A stretch of DNA of 51,804 bases, taken from NCBI GenBank assembly GCA_002269645.1, contig NIVC01004285.1, positions 1 to 51,804 of the forward strand, in the 5' to 3' direction. Under the pieces are notes generated by a model. That model did no database searches. It was not told the origin of the DNA and worked only from the letters and a program-made list of their open reading frames with translations. This DNA comes from Macrostomum lignano (lineage: Eukaryota). Of the stretch, positions 1 to 11,593 are shown in pieces. The position numbers were made by a program, and so were the translations under genes. Every line of letters begins with the position of its first letter. Within the stretch, counting starts at the first letter, position 1.

Positions 1-331
1 GGTGCTGCATGTGGACTTATTTCAGCAATTACTGGAGCAGTAGCGCGAAACGGAGGACGAAAAAAACTAAAGCAGCTACAGGAGAAGCAAGTAAAAGAGA
101 AAGGGGTGCACACATTCAATCATAGGGTACATTTCAAGGGCAATCGAGGATAAGTTCATTTCAGAGGATGAGTTCAAAACCATTCAGGATCTTTATGAAC
201 AATCAATTCGAATGAACTTGAACATGGTCGGTACTGATGACATGAGTCAGCTGAGAAATGAACTCGAGAAAGTTCTTCAACATTATGTGGAAAGAAGGAC
301 AACGAGAAGTACAACGAGAAATGCACAATGA
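1..331 (+). pseudogene. 3' part of a frameshifted small membrane-protein gene, GasderminX-like accessory gene of adintoviruses
   Basis: Manual translation across shifts: GAACGLISAITGAVARNGG..KLKQLQEKQ..IGYISRAIEDKFISEDEFKTIQDLYEQ. A hydrophobic segment followed by an S-x-A-x-x-D-x-x-I-S-x-x-E-F motif as I recall from Polinton GasderminX-type proteins; not database-verified. Confidence 0.45.
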
Positions 332-731
332 ACCCCTATGAAACACAGGTAGAATAATTTCCTTGTAGGTCTTTCGTGTTTTGGTCATTGCATACAAAAC
401 AGTCATGCACAGCTCACCGCAAATATCACTGCTAAGACCTTGGAGAATAAAGTCTGAGCGATAAATTTTTTTATTATTTTTTCCCTTCATATAATTTCTT
501 AGCTCTTCTGGTACTGCCGTCCATAGCTATCGAAGTAATAACACTTGTGCTTGCGATCGGATCAATCACCAGCAAACCCAATGAGATCCTGGCTTATCGT
601 GGTGTCAAAGTTCATGATGCCGCATTCTTTCTTAGAGGAAAATCAGGCAGAGTGTCCCTCATAAATATTCCTCTAAAGTTTGGGATTTCCAGTTCGTTAG
701 CCAAATCTTCAAGAAAGTTATTTGTTGTCAT
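330..731 (-). pseudogene. Adenain-like cysteine protease (Polinton PRO), frameshifted
   Basis: ATG at 731. Stitched translation MTTNNFLEDLANELEIPNFRGIFMRDTLP..ECGIMNFD..GSHWVCW..KCYYFDSYG..VPEELRNYM..IYRSDFILQGLSSDICGELC shows catalytic H, D, oxyanion Q and C in order. At least 3 frameshifts; 3' end approximate. Confidence 0.85.
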
Positions 732-746
732 TTTTTATGAGGTTTA

Positions 747-3700
747 TTAAACTTTCTCTAAACCTAAACCCAATATCCACCTCCTAAACCTAACTCCAAT
801 GCCCGAACGGTAGACTGTTGATATTGTCATCAAAAATGAATCTCTTGTTATCTGCACCTGACAGTCCAATCTTCTTTGCTGAATTGTGTGAATAATATGG
901 TTTTTAGATTGTAGCTTTGAGAACTCATGTGATGTCTTTTTGTTGCAATTCAAGGCGTCTCTGTATTCAGCTTCATTAATTTCCTTCCTAACCACACGTT
1001 TCGGAATTCCCTTTGATTTTTTGATTGGTCTGACGACTCACATTTTATAAAATAGGACTTTGCTCTCAACCCAATGAATTCAGTGATTATGTCACCAGCA
1101 ATCTCGTCCTTCATTTTCCCAATCACTTTCTTGTTAGTGGCGTCAAACACTTGATCGCCATTCAGCGTCCTGAAGATTCATCATACTCAGACAAGTCAAA
1201 CAAATCTTTTTGCTGCAGCATGTCCTGATAAATGTCTTCTGTTTGAATGTCCATAATAAAACTGTCTGTGTCAGTGTACAAGAGTTTCATTTTATCCTTG
1301 TACTGCTGCTTCATGCCATAGAAGAATGGTACATCAGACGTTTTGATTCGTCGAGAACAGTGACACCTGTATAGATCGGCTTGCGCAGCGTCACCTTGGT
1401 TTTGTAAAATATGATCACACCTAAGTAGCTATTAAAGATATGGAGTTCTTTGAATGTTGGCTTTGACATATTTGCCTGAATAACAGCAGGCTCTGATGAG
1501 GTAACAAGTTTCAGGTTTGTTCTTTTCCGCTCATTCTCAAGAGTCTTGCCATAGACAGAGTTGTTGGCCAACTTAAAGAGGTTCTTGTCAAAGTCGTTGG
1601 TTGCTTTGGTCCTAAACTGGGTGTTCTTATCAATGTAGGGTTTCATCCACGCTTCCTCTGTAAATGTAAGAGCCCTGTGAACTTTGGTGACCCTGCAACC
1701 AAGTGAGATAAAATACTGAAGCAGTTTGTAATGGATTTTGTAACGTGTCTTGTTGTTTAGATTCTGTGTTAGTTTCTCTGTATGTTCTTTTTCTGTTCCT
1801 GACAGGTGCCAAGTTCCATTATTATCATTGGGAGTTTCGATTATTTTCGGGCACTTGATGTTCTCTGGGAAGGGTGGAAAGTCAGAGAAATAGTCGTGAA
1901 GCTCTGGTGGAATGTAAACATCAACTCATAAATGGCAGCCAATGAAAAGTCCCGTTTGAATTCTGATGAGGGTAGCCATCGAAAATCTCTAACTGGAAGA
2001 TCTTGACTCATCGCCCACCCGTAGAGATTATTAGCGTCCAAGTAAGTAATGTAGTTTGAGGGCTGCTCCTTATTGTAAGATTCAATGTAGGGATTGTTTG
2101 CTTTTGCATACCTGTTAACGCAAATTGAGATTCCCCCTCGCTTTGACGATTCGACAAAATTGTACATGTCAATGTCTGTAAGAAGTTCAATGTACCAATC
2201 TGGATCTTGATCCCATTTCATTTTAAGCAAAGATTCCAGCTAGTGGCAGGCAGAGACACATAATGTGCTGGATCGAGGCCATAAGCTCTGTACCAGGTGT
2301 ATCTGAAGGTTTCAAACACATCGGCCAGCAGAAACACATCTGTGAAGAGGTAAAGCAGGTGATACTGGAAGAAGTTTTGACAATTAAAGTAATTATAGAC
2401 ATGCTTCGCGTGCTCATAGTCTTTGTCAGAGATTCCAGAGTCTGTTAGCTTTGAAAAGAACTTCTCCTGTGGTGGTAAACTTTCTTCAAATACGTGATAC
2501 CCAGTAATATTTTCATAGGGGTAGAAGCCTTTCTTTCTTAAAAGTTTAAATGATTCATCAGTGTTGTTAATTTTACTTGCAAACATCTGTATATGTACAT
2601 TGTTCATCTTTTAGATTCTTGCTTAGTTCGTCTAGACTGGCAGCTAGAAATTGATATGAATCCTTCAGTCTTATTTTACCTGTACCCGAATTATCCTGTT
2701 TAATATCAACACACTTAAACTTCCCTTGTTCTCTGCGATGCAATCAAGGTGTATGTCTGGAATCATGCCGATTTTTTCAACTATTAAATGCATGTCATAG
2801 TTCTTTGCGTTGTGACAAAATATCGTTAGATCATGAATGTTCGATTTTAGCTTTAGATTACAGGTGTTATGCGCTGCACCTCTAAATTTCCCAGTAAAGT
2901 GGCAGTGGTCCCTAACGGTGGGGTTTTTAATATTAGTGCAAGTTAAATGTTTCCTGCAGATGTGGCAATGAGTTGCTGATAGGAAATTGCTTTCATCCTC
3001 CTCAGTCATCATTATTGGAACAGGTTGAAGGGTGCTAATCACTTTTTGCAACTCTAACATTCTGGCAATAAACTGCTCCACACACTGCTCTCCAAAGAAA
3101 TAATTATACTCAACAAGTCCTTTTGTATTAATAAAGGCATATGCTACTGAATTGGGGACATGTTTTTGAGTTTGAGTTTGTTTTTGAGTTTCCGGCATGA
3201 TTGAGCATTCGAAATCAGCATATACAACAAATGGGAGCTTCTCCATCTTGTGATAGTTCTTAAACCGAGATACTTCTCTTCAGCTGAAGGAAGAGAGCAG
3301 TTTGTCGGGTGATCCTCGCATGATAATTCATGCTCTGTTAGCTTTTCAAAGCGTTCAGGTCCACTGTAATGCTTAAGGCACAAGCGGCAGATGGCAACAG
3401 CCTCGTGATGATTATTCAACTGCTTGTGAATGAGTCTTGAAAGATCTTTAATCCAAACATAGTGAGCCTCCTCTAGTAAATTACCAATCACTAGAAGATC
3501 CACTTCAGTCCGCCTTTTCCCCTCGGATCTAAAACGTCTTTGCTACATCTGACCGGTTGAACTTTCTCAGTTTTTTCACTCCACTCAAAGACTGTGATTC
3601 TAATTTTGTTATTAAACACTTCTTCTAGCTTTGGGATCTGAGAGATCGCCAAGCCTCCTTTGTCAAACCTGATTCCCTTCTTTTCGCATTTGATGAGATA

Positions 3701-4603
3701 GTAGTTGAAATAATTTTGATAATTTGAGGTTCTTTCGGGGTGGTGAGGTACACTAAAAAGTGCAGAAAGAACTGCCCATAGAGCACAGCAATTGTCTTTA
3801 TTTTTAACATTTATGCAAGCTTTTTTGCCGGCTAGCTTGTGTGGGAGCTCTATATAAGAGGAGGCTTTAAGTGGGTCATATTTCATGACCATGACAGTCG
3901 CTCTTTGAATCCCTCCCACGACCCATCCGGAACCTCTGGATGTAAACGCTTCAATTTTCTTAGTGACATCTTGAAGGAAAGGATCCAGTGTGTCTGTAGG
4001 GGTGAATGGCTTTGCCTTTGTTGTCATGTAATACTCGAGATGCTCAGTGGGTTTCGCAGGCATATAAAACGCAATCTTGAATGATATCTGTAGTTTAAAG
4101 GTCTTGCGTGTTTTGAGTGTGTGATCAACAACTGATTGGATGCTGTCTTTATAGTCGTAAATGTTTGCGGTGGTATCCTTAATTGGGATTGTGTACTCTA
4201 TGTAATGTTCTGTAAACTTCGTCTGTGCAAAATTAATCTCTTCAGTGGCAAGCTCCGACTCTTTTAAATGGATTAATTGCTCTAATTTCTCTTGTTCCTG
4301 CTTATTTTGTGGGTACTTTGCTTTTTCACCAGTGAGAGTTTCATATTTGTTAACTAAGTTGCGACTCCTCTCTTGGTGTTCCTTTGCAGAATTTTTTATA
4401 GGCGCATACTGGTTTGATTCTAATTGATTGATGATTTCCAACTGTTTTTCATAGCTTCCCAGGTGACCAGGGTCGGTGTTGAACTTTTGTTTGCATGCTT
4501 CTCTTAGTGAATTACTTTTGTCTTGAAATGAGACGCCTTTTGAAAAATATTTGTTGACTAAATCTCTTGCTGGATTAGCTTTTGGCATTTTTTTCTCTAA
4601 CAT
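747..4603 (-). pseudogene. polB: Protein-primed family B DNA polymerase (pPolB) with embedded endonuclease-VII-like Zn module, split into about 9 ORF pieces
   Basis: ORF pieces contain VVYADFE (Exo I), CHIC..VRDHCHFTGKFRGAAHNTCN, IFCHNAKNYD (Exo II), YHLLYLFTDV (Exo III), YLDANNLYGWAMS (motif A), KLANNSVYGKT (motif B), YTDTDS region near 1260-1285 (motif C) and FIGLRAKSY. Confidence 0.93.
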
Positions 4604-4712
4604 AAAAAAAAAATTTGAGGGTGACCACCCTGATAGAAAAGTTGAACTGTTTCTACATCCTATAAGTAGTGTTAGGTTTATGAAGCTGGATAAAGTGGGG
4701 TTTTAAACCTCA

Positions 4713-5159
4713 TCACATGCGCATTATTGTAAACCCAGCATTGTGCAGTGTCATGATTGCTTTGACAATGTCAGACTTGCTTACAGAATTTTCATTCTCA
4801 CAATCATCAAAATCCGGGCAACCATCTCCTGCCTTAATTGTTATACCTTTGTCTCTTGCAATCTTTTGCAATTCCAGCTGGTGGGCTCTATCATTCCCAG
4901 CTTTAACAGCAGTTGCTACACCTCCAGCTACACCACCTGCGGCACTTACAGCGCCTGCAATGATTGGGATAAGAGCTGCTAATGGTAGGATTCCTCCTGA
5001 CTTTTCATCTGTGATGCTGTGTCTTTGCTCATTACACTGAAGTATTTGCTGCGTGGGATCGATTTTTACTTTGACACCTTTAATTGATATAAGACCTGGT
5101 TTCTTTGATTCAATGATTTTATTGAGTTTATTGATGGTTCTAGTTTCAATCTTTGTCAT
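4713..5159 (-). CDS. Adenovirus protein X (mu precursor)-like core/membrane-active protein
   Basis: GGILPLAALIPIIAGAVSAAGGVAGGVATAV resembles the GG(F/I)LP..IP.IAAA segment of adenovirus pX and adintovirus X proteins. Intact ATG-to-stop ORF between polB and integrase. Confidence 0.65.
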   Translation of the reverse strand: MTKIETRTINKLNKIIESKKPGLISIKGVKVKIDPTQQILQCNEQRHSITDEKSGGILPLAALIPIIAGAVSAAGGVAGGVATAVKAGNDRAHQLELQKIARDKGITIKAGDGCPDFDDCENENSVSKSDIVKAIMTLHNAGFTIMRM

Positions 5160-5175
5160 TTTTTATTTTAATATT

Positions 5176-6214
5176 TTAATTAATTTCTGTGTCAGCTGGT
5201 ATCACTAGGAGTTCAGCTCTAGTGAATGACCGCGTGGGGGATTTAGGGTTAAAGGCTTGAGATAAAAAGTAATAGTCACCGGAGTCGGAGGTAAAATGTC
5301 TGTCTATTTTATGTACATCAAGGCTGAAGTATGGATCTGTAGCTCTTCTTTTGGTGTCTTTCTCTAGCTCTCCAGGTAGATATAAAAAGCGTAGAAACTC
5401 AGAGTTTGTCAGTATGTATGGTGATTCAACTCCTGGAAGCTTAGGGTAGTTCGAGGTGTGTTTTGTGTTGTGTGTGTTGTGTGGGGTTGTCGTGTTGTTG
5501 TCTGTTCTATGAGATGCCTTAAGTTCGACAGTGTCTTGTTTAATTGCATGGGATGGTTTCAATCCAGTCATGCGTGTGACTTCATTGTTCAGTTGCTCTA
5601 TAACAGTGGGGAGTCTTTCTGTCCACTTGGTATAGTACTGCCCCGCACTCAGTTTGAGTTCTTGCGCTGTCTGCTTAGTGAATAGTCTCTTGGCTAGAAT
5701 TAGATTGAATCTTTCCACAAAAGCCTGGTCTCTGTGCAAGTTTGTTCTGCCATAGCGAATCTCTGTGTTTTTCTTTTCCATAAGGGATTTCACTACACCC
5801 ATGAATTCCTTACCCGGGTCGGTCATAAAGATTTGGGGGTATGTGAGCGGAGAGTTTTTATAAATATCTTGCAGTGCGCTGGCAACAACCTCTGACTTCT
5901 TCGTCTTGAGTGGGCGAGCTTCCTTATATCTGGAAGCAATGTCAATAATTGTAAGAGCATACTTGTAGCCTGAGTCGTTGGGGAGAAACAAAAGATCTGC
6001 TTGGTGCGCTTCATTAGGTTTATAAATACTGAAATGGGGCCTTTCAAATTTTACTGGTGGGAAATAGACTTGAAAGACAGCCTGCTTAGAGAGCCATTTT
6101 TCTACTGTAGCTTTTGGCTCCTTACTCAGCTTCATGAGTTTACTAACGGCATTTTTGCCTACAAAGAATCCTTTGTCGCTGTAGTAGAGTTTTTTTAAGT
6201 TTCTGATCTGTCAT
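5176..6214 (-). CDS. int: Polinton rve (DDE) integrase
   Basis: HQADL..KYALTIIDIASRY..MTDPGKEF..QAFVERFN. The true start is probably the ATG at 6214 (MTDQKLKKLYYSDKGF), joined to the 6135 ORF by removing one base from a 7-A run near 6190-6196. Confidence 0.92.
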
Positions 6215-6244
6215 TTATTTAAAAAGAAAATTTTAAATAAAATA

Positions 6245-6733
6245 ATGCAGCGCTCTGGTGGTAAAATAGATTCACATGGACTGATAGAAAAGCTTCCTCA
6301 TCCAAACAAAGGCTGGACACTTCCCGGCTATAAATATTGCGGGCCTTTGAATCCACTTGAAATACAGCTGGATGGAAACAACAACCCAAATCCTGGGCAT
6401 GAGCCTGTAAACGAGCTAGACTCTGTCTGCATGTGGCACGATGTTAAATATAGAGATTTTCCTGAGGAGAAGAATCGTTGGGACAAAGAAATGCTTAGGA
6501 GACTCGACAATATGGGGATTTCAAGCGGATTTCGTGAGTCGATTGCTCGGAAATTAGTCAAGGCGGTTATTTTTGGTAAGAAAAAGCTAGGGTTGGGGAT
6601 CGACGGCGAGGGTGGGTGTTTGGGGAGAGAGGGCGGGTGCGCGGAGTGCTCGGGAGCAGGGTTTATTTTGTGTGCTCCAAACGAGGTATTAGGAAGACTG
6701 CTGAAAGAGCTGGGGGTAGAGAGGGGCGCTTGA
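6245..6733 (+). CDS. Parvovirus VP1u-type phospholipase A2 (PLA2X of adintoviruses)
   Basis: TLPGYKYCGPLNPL (YxGP calcium loop) and VNELDSVCMWHDVKY (HDxxY catalytic motif). The tail after KKKLGLG may be read-through. Confidence 0.88.
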   Translation: MQRSGGKIDSHGLIEKLPHPNKGWTLPGYKYCGPLNPLEIQLDGNNNPNPGHEPVNELDSVCMWHDVKYRDFPEEKNRWDKEMLRRLDNMGISSGFRESIARKLVKAVIFGKKKLGLGIDGEGGCLGREGGCAECSGAGFILCAPNEVLGRLLKELGVERGA

Positions 6734-7059
6734 GTCGGGAAAGATTATTCGCAGCCAAGCGCAACAGCTGCATTTTGAAAAGGGTTGGGGTAACTCCTAT
6801 TTGCTGAGGGAGCGCAGCTTTTGCGAATGTACAAGTTCCACGCGTTCTTTCTTTTCCTTTCCTTTCTTTCCTTTGTATTGCGCACGCCAAATAACGAATT
6901 AGAAAGACTGCTGAACAGTTTACATTGATAAACAACTGAAAGACTGAAGCGACAGATTATAGTCGCTATATAGTTTATTAGTTTATTATAGTTTTTCATG
7001 TGGTAAGCAACGTGGCAACAACATAGCATGCAGCAGAAGACAGAATGCTTATCGTAGGT

Positions 7060-7364
7060 AAAATATAATAATAATTGATTACACCTGCCCGATGGGCAGA
7101 TGTGCAATCGACAGCTCAGCCGCAGCTATTGCGCGGCGCATCTTAAGGCTTCGTACGGCTGTTCAGTCCAAGGACTGGGGGTCGCCACACACACCCTCAA
7201 TTACTCCAGCTAATGCTGGTACCCATTTTACAGCTGGGTGAACTGAAGCAATGCGGAGTAAAGTGCCTTGCTGAAGGACACAGATTGTTGCAGTGGGATC
7301 GAGAATCGAACCCCCCAACCTTCAAGTCGTGAGTCCAAGGCCCTAACCACTAGGCTACAACCCC
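7060..7364 (-). mobile_element. tRNA-derived SINE with CORE-like central domain, inserted in the Polinton
   Basis: Minus strand starts GGGGTTGTAGCCTAGTGG (A box) ... GGTTCGATTC (B box), then GTGTCCTTCAGCAAGGCACTTTA..CAGCTGTAAAATGGGTACC (CORE-like) and an (ATT)n-like tail. Flanked by the direct repeat (C)GTAGGT at 7053-7059 and 7364-7370. Confidence 0.85.
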
Positions 7365-7394
7365 GTAGGTGCAGGGTCTTAACTATGCAACAAT

Positions 7395-7783
7395 TTAAAC
7401 ACGCCGGAAGGAGCCAAACGAGACAAAGTCAGTTGCGAAAAGCAGGCAGCGGCCGAGAAAGCGGATCCCAGTGGATCAAGCGAAGCGTTTATTTATTAGT
7501 TTAACGAGTTAATATTTATTGGTTCGTAAAAAGGAAATAAAAAAATTGAGAAATGGCGGCGGAGCCAAGCCGGGCCGGGTGCAGAGGCTTTAAGCTGGCC
7601 GGCGCGGCCAACACCCCCACACCTCAACCCCCGCCAAAGTACAGCGATATGTACAGCGGCACCCTCCGGCGCGTCTAACACCCCTTACTCAGAGAGTAAC
7701 GATTGCATTAAACACGCCGGAAGGAGCCAAACGAGACAAAGTCAGTTGCGAAAAGCAGGCAGCGGCCGAGAAAGCGGATCCCA
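7395..7783 (-). repeat. Ngaro 3' terminal repeat block B1-A2-(spacer)-B2
   Basis: TTAAACACGCCGG..GCGGATCCCA at 7395 and 7708; the 168-bp A repeat appears identical to 11608-11775. Confidence 0.9.
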
Positions 7784-7826
7784 ACCCCAATGAAGGGGAA
7801 GGGAAGGAGTAAAAGCGGGAAGGCAG

Positions 7827-8879
7827 TCAGGTGGACGCAGCCTGCAGCTGCGAAGCCATGAAAGAAGCAGAGCGCTGGCGGCGCGACAGGGCAGAGCTGG
7901 CAGAAAAGTAGCGGAGAACAGCGTCCGATCTCCAGCCCCCAAGAGCCCGAACGTCCGATTCTGACAAGCCGATTTGATGGCAGAAACTGGCACCCCCACG
8001 CCGGATGCTGTGGCCGGAGAAACCAGCAGCTGGAAGGCCGCACGCAGCCAGACACGCACGAAGACAGCTGATGAACTGGCTGGCTGAGAGCTCGCCTCTG
8101 AGGCCGTAGCCAAAGAGTGGCGCCTTTGGGTCGCTGGTTGGTGACAGGTGCAGGTGAGACCGCAGGGCGCGCACAGGGCAGAGTGGTGACTCTTGAACAG
8201 GTGGCAGAAGAACGACATGCGGCGTCGACCCGAACTGGTTGGTCTTGGACTTAGGGAGGGCCAACTTCCAACAGGCAGAAGAAGCCGACAGGCAGGCCCG
8301 TGAGACAGAGCGGCTGCCGCGGGTCGATAGGAAGTCGCCAAGGCGCAACATGCCCTACCAGCCCACTAGAAGAGCCGCCCAGAAGGCGGCCCTGAGATCT
8401 GCGCTTGAGATGGAGCGCGGGAGCTGCTGATGGATGCTCTTGAGGTGCTCGATGGTCAGCGGCTTCGCCTGTTTGCATCGCAGGCCCAGATGACGTTTGG
8501 CGCCGCGGAGGGCCAGCTGCACGGTGAAGTTTTTCGCTGGGTCAGGGGCGCCGGTGGCTTGGTGCAGAAAAGAGACGGCATGGATGTAGGATCGGAGGCT
8601 AGAGAAAGACCGGAGCCGGGTGCTCACCAGGTGCGCAATGTAGCGGCAGAGCAGGTCACCGTCAGCTGGAGATGAGGGGCGGCCTGCGCTAACACAGAAG
8701 GCTTCCCAGGAGCGCAGCTGGCTGAGGTAGGATCGCCAGGAGTTCTCCGCCAGGCCGAGGCGGCACAGGTGTCCGGCGGACACAGCGCGGGGGCGGGCGG
8801 CGTCTCCGGAGGGCGAGGGCGACCTGCAAAAGGAGGCGAGATTGGGAAGCGGCAGAGAGCGCGTGCGACGCGAACTCAA
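7827..8879 (-). pseudogene. Ngaro tyrosine recombinase with one in-frame stop (TAG at 8355-8357)
   Basis: SAM-like N-terminal domain (GLAENSWRSY), then LRLGDF (R), KSKTNQ (K), GHSIRRGGA (HxxR), LGGWRSDAVLRY (W, Y). The two ORF-track pieces are in the same frame. Confidence 0.9.
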
Positions 8880-10478
8880 GCGGGCAGATCACGAGCGTAC
8901 GGTAGTAGCGGCAGCAAAAGTTAATGAGCTCAGACTGCGAGGCAAACATGCGGGAGGCGGCATCAGCAAAAATCTGCATGCGACCAGGAAGGTGAAAGGC
9001 CTCCACACTGATGCTGTTCCTGATGCACAGCAGAGCCACAGTCTGGTACACCTGCAGGAACCGCGGGTCACGACAGCTCAGCCGATTGATCATGCCAGCC
9101 GCAGCGGTGCTGTCGGTGTAGATGACAATTTTGCAGTTCTTTAGCTGAGAGCGACGGTGCAGGATGATCAGCAAAGGTGCCAGAGCCTCCTTGAAGTTGA
9201 TATGAACATCCTTGAACACACCACCGCAGTCCAGCTCCCAGTCGATGACACTCCAGAAACTCTCGGCACCCCAGATGACTGCGGCTGCTCCCGACCGGCT
9301 GCTGTCAGTCTCCATGGCAAACTCCTCATCAAAGCGCGGCCACAAAGACACCGGGGGAGCCGAGCCAGGGCTCTGAGCCACCAGGACAGGTTGGCGCGGG
9401 TCTCATCGGTCACCCAAAGCTTGCAGTCAACAGCAGTTGTCAGCCAGTCGAAGAGCGGACGCAGGAAGACTCTGACATGAGGGACAATCTGACAGAACCA
9501 GCCAAGCTTGCCAATCAGCTTCTGAGCAGAGCGCATGTGCACCCGAGTCTCCGAGCAGGTTTGAGTCAGCAGCTTTGTCGTCTCGAGAGCTTTCTCCTCG
9601 GGCAGCGACTTGGTGCCGGTAGCGGTGTTGATGCGCACGCCAAGGAAGTCGATGCATTGCGTAGGTCTGACAACCTTGTCCCAGTTGATGGCAAAGCCGA
9701 GGCGCTGCAGGATGTCCAGCAGGCAATCGAAAGCAGTGAAAGCCTCGGACTCGGATTTCCCAGCGACTGCCCAGTCATCCAGGTAGTTCACCGTAGCAGA
9801 AAAGCCAAGCCGGTGCATGTGCCGGGTAACGGCGGCTGAAAGACGGTGAAAAACTTCGCAAGCAGCTTTGGCGCCGAAGGGAAGCCTGGTGTCGCAGAGC
9901 AGACTGTCCTGGCTGTCTGAGTCAAACCGCCAGGCGAGGCCGACGAGCCGGTAGTCAGCAGGCCTGATTGGCACGGACCTGTAGGCGCTTTTGAGATCAA
10001 TTTTGGCCATGTAGTATCCCGGATGGAGATGACGAACCAGCTGCTGGACAGTGCAGTACTTGATGTGCTTCTGTTGGTCGTAGCAGTCGTTGACAGACTG
10101 GCCGGTCGGATAGGACAGGTCATGGATCAGGCGGACCCGCCCGTTGGACTTGGGAAGGGCACCGATGGGGTTGATTTTGATCGGGCCGCTCCACCGGATG
10201 TACCTCCCAAGGCGCAGCTCCTCCTCGACCTGGGCTTCCACAGCAGAGCGGTGCAGCAGGGCGGAGGCGTGGTTCTTGGACGAAGTCAAAGGTGGCTGGC
10301 CAGCATTGGTAAGAGCGAAACCGTTGACAACGCCTTGCATCAGGAAGTCGCGGTCTGGGTCGTCGCTGAGCAGAGCACTCCAGGCGTCAGGTTGCAGGTC
10401 AGACGAGATGGGCAGCGAAGAAGTAAAAGCAGAAAAATCAGAATTAAAAGCAGAGCAATCAGCTGGATAAAATGGCAT
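8689..10478 (-). pseudogene. pol: Ngaro reverse transcriptase/RNase H, frameshifted near 9350
   Basis: RLIHDLS, KIDLKSAYRSV, LPFG, NYLDD in one frame; METDSS, KEAL, YTDST, ADAASR (RNase H) in another frame. Confidence 0.9.
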
Positions 10479-11593
10479 CAGTTTTTTGCACTCGCACCGG
10501 TCACGTGACCCGGCAGCTGTCCGGTGAGTAATGACTGTGGCGACTGCGTGTGAGCGTGAGCCGGATGCGCTGCCAGGCAGCCTTGGATTTTGCAGACGTG
10601 GCGGAACTTGCAGTTCTGGCGGTTGCATCCGGACTCGGAGTTGAAGCGCAGACAGATCGGCCTGGTTGCTGCCGGGATTTGCTGCTGGCTGGGCTGCTTA
10701 GCGAACGTGAACCGCAGGTTTCTGGGGGCGTTGAGGTGCTTGTGGTACAACTGAGGGGGCTCCTCACCCCACGCCATGCCCGACTCCGCCACCAGCCTCC
10801 GGTAGTCCTCGTCAAACTCCCAGATTACGGATTCCGGGTAGTCAGCAGCCAGCAGCTCTCCAATCTTGCGATTGTAGTCAAGGTAGCCAAGGACGTCAGT
10901 CAGGAGACCATCAGTGCTTCCAGCAGCCGCCGGGAGTTTTTCCTTGATCAGCTTTTGCAAGATGATCGAGTTGGCCGCGATCCACTGACCAGCAGAGATA
11001 CTAGACAGCTTCGGCTCCTGCTTTCTGAATGTGAGCGAGCCATTCTCCATAGTGGCGACCAACTGCTCCTGACTGGCTGAGCCGGGTCCTCTGGCTAGCT
11101 TGATGTGGTCTCTGACGAGATGCAACTTGCGAGTCGGAGCCTGGCAATTAGCGGCCTGAAGCTGAGCCGCCTCCCTTATCCCAGATTCAAAAACCTCGGG
11201 CAACTGCAGACTGGCATGTGCGTTATGCTCACCTGATGATGATGCTGGCTGGGGCTGAGCCATCAAGCGCTGCTGAGTGTGAAGCCGTTGCTGAAGATCA
11301 CGACGACGGCCTTCCAGGACTTGCAGTTCGAGCAGTTCCACCTCCTGCCGCAGCGCAGCCAGCCGGTCGCTCCCCGCCCCCGGAGGCGCCTCGCCCGCGC
11401 TGCCGATGCTGTCTTCGGCGTCCGGAGCAGAAGACATCTCGGAGTTGTTGAAGTCTTCGTCAGCTTGCTCTAAACCGAGTGCAGTAGACAAGCGCTTGGC
11501 AAGCTGTTGTTTGCGGCCCGTAGTAGGCAGGCCTCTGTTTCGCAGCTCAGCCTTGAGTTGGCGCACGTTTAGTCGTTTTGGGCTGCCACTCAT
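10478..11593 (-). CDS. gag: Ngaro ORF1 (Gag-like) with N-terminal SAP domain and C-terminal CCCH-type zinc finger
   Basis: ATG at 11593: LNVRQLKAELRNRGLPTTGRKQQLAKRL (SAP); CLRFNSESGCNRQNCKFRHVC..C..H. Confidence 0.85.
   Translation of the reverse strand: MSGSPKRLNVRQLKAELRNRGLPTTGRKQQLAKRLSTALGLEQADEDFNNSEMSSAPDAEDSIGSAGEAPPGAGSDRLAALRQEVELLELQVLEGRRRDLQQRLHTQQRLMAQPQPASSSGEHNAHASLQLPEVFESGIREAAQLQAANCQAPTRKLHLVRDHIKLARGPGSASQEQLVATMENGSLTFRKQEPKLSSISAGQWIAANSIILQKLIKEKLPAAAGSTDGLLTDVLGYLDYNRKIGELLAADYPESVIWEFDEDYRRLVAESGMAWGEEPPQLYHKHLNAPRNLRFTFAKQPSQQQIPAATRPICLRFNSESGCNRQNCKFRHVCKIQGCLAAHPAHAHTQSPQSLLTGQLPGHVTGASAKN

Noticed and set aside
7290-7364. Stand-alone tRNA gene
   Set aside because: A and B boxes are present, but the sequence continues into a CORE-like body and tail with a TSD, so it is a SINE head.
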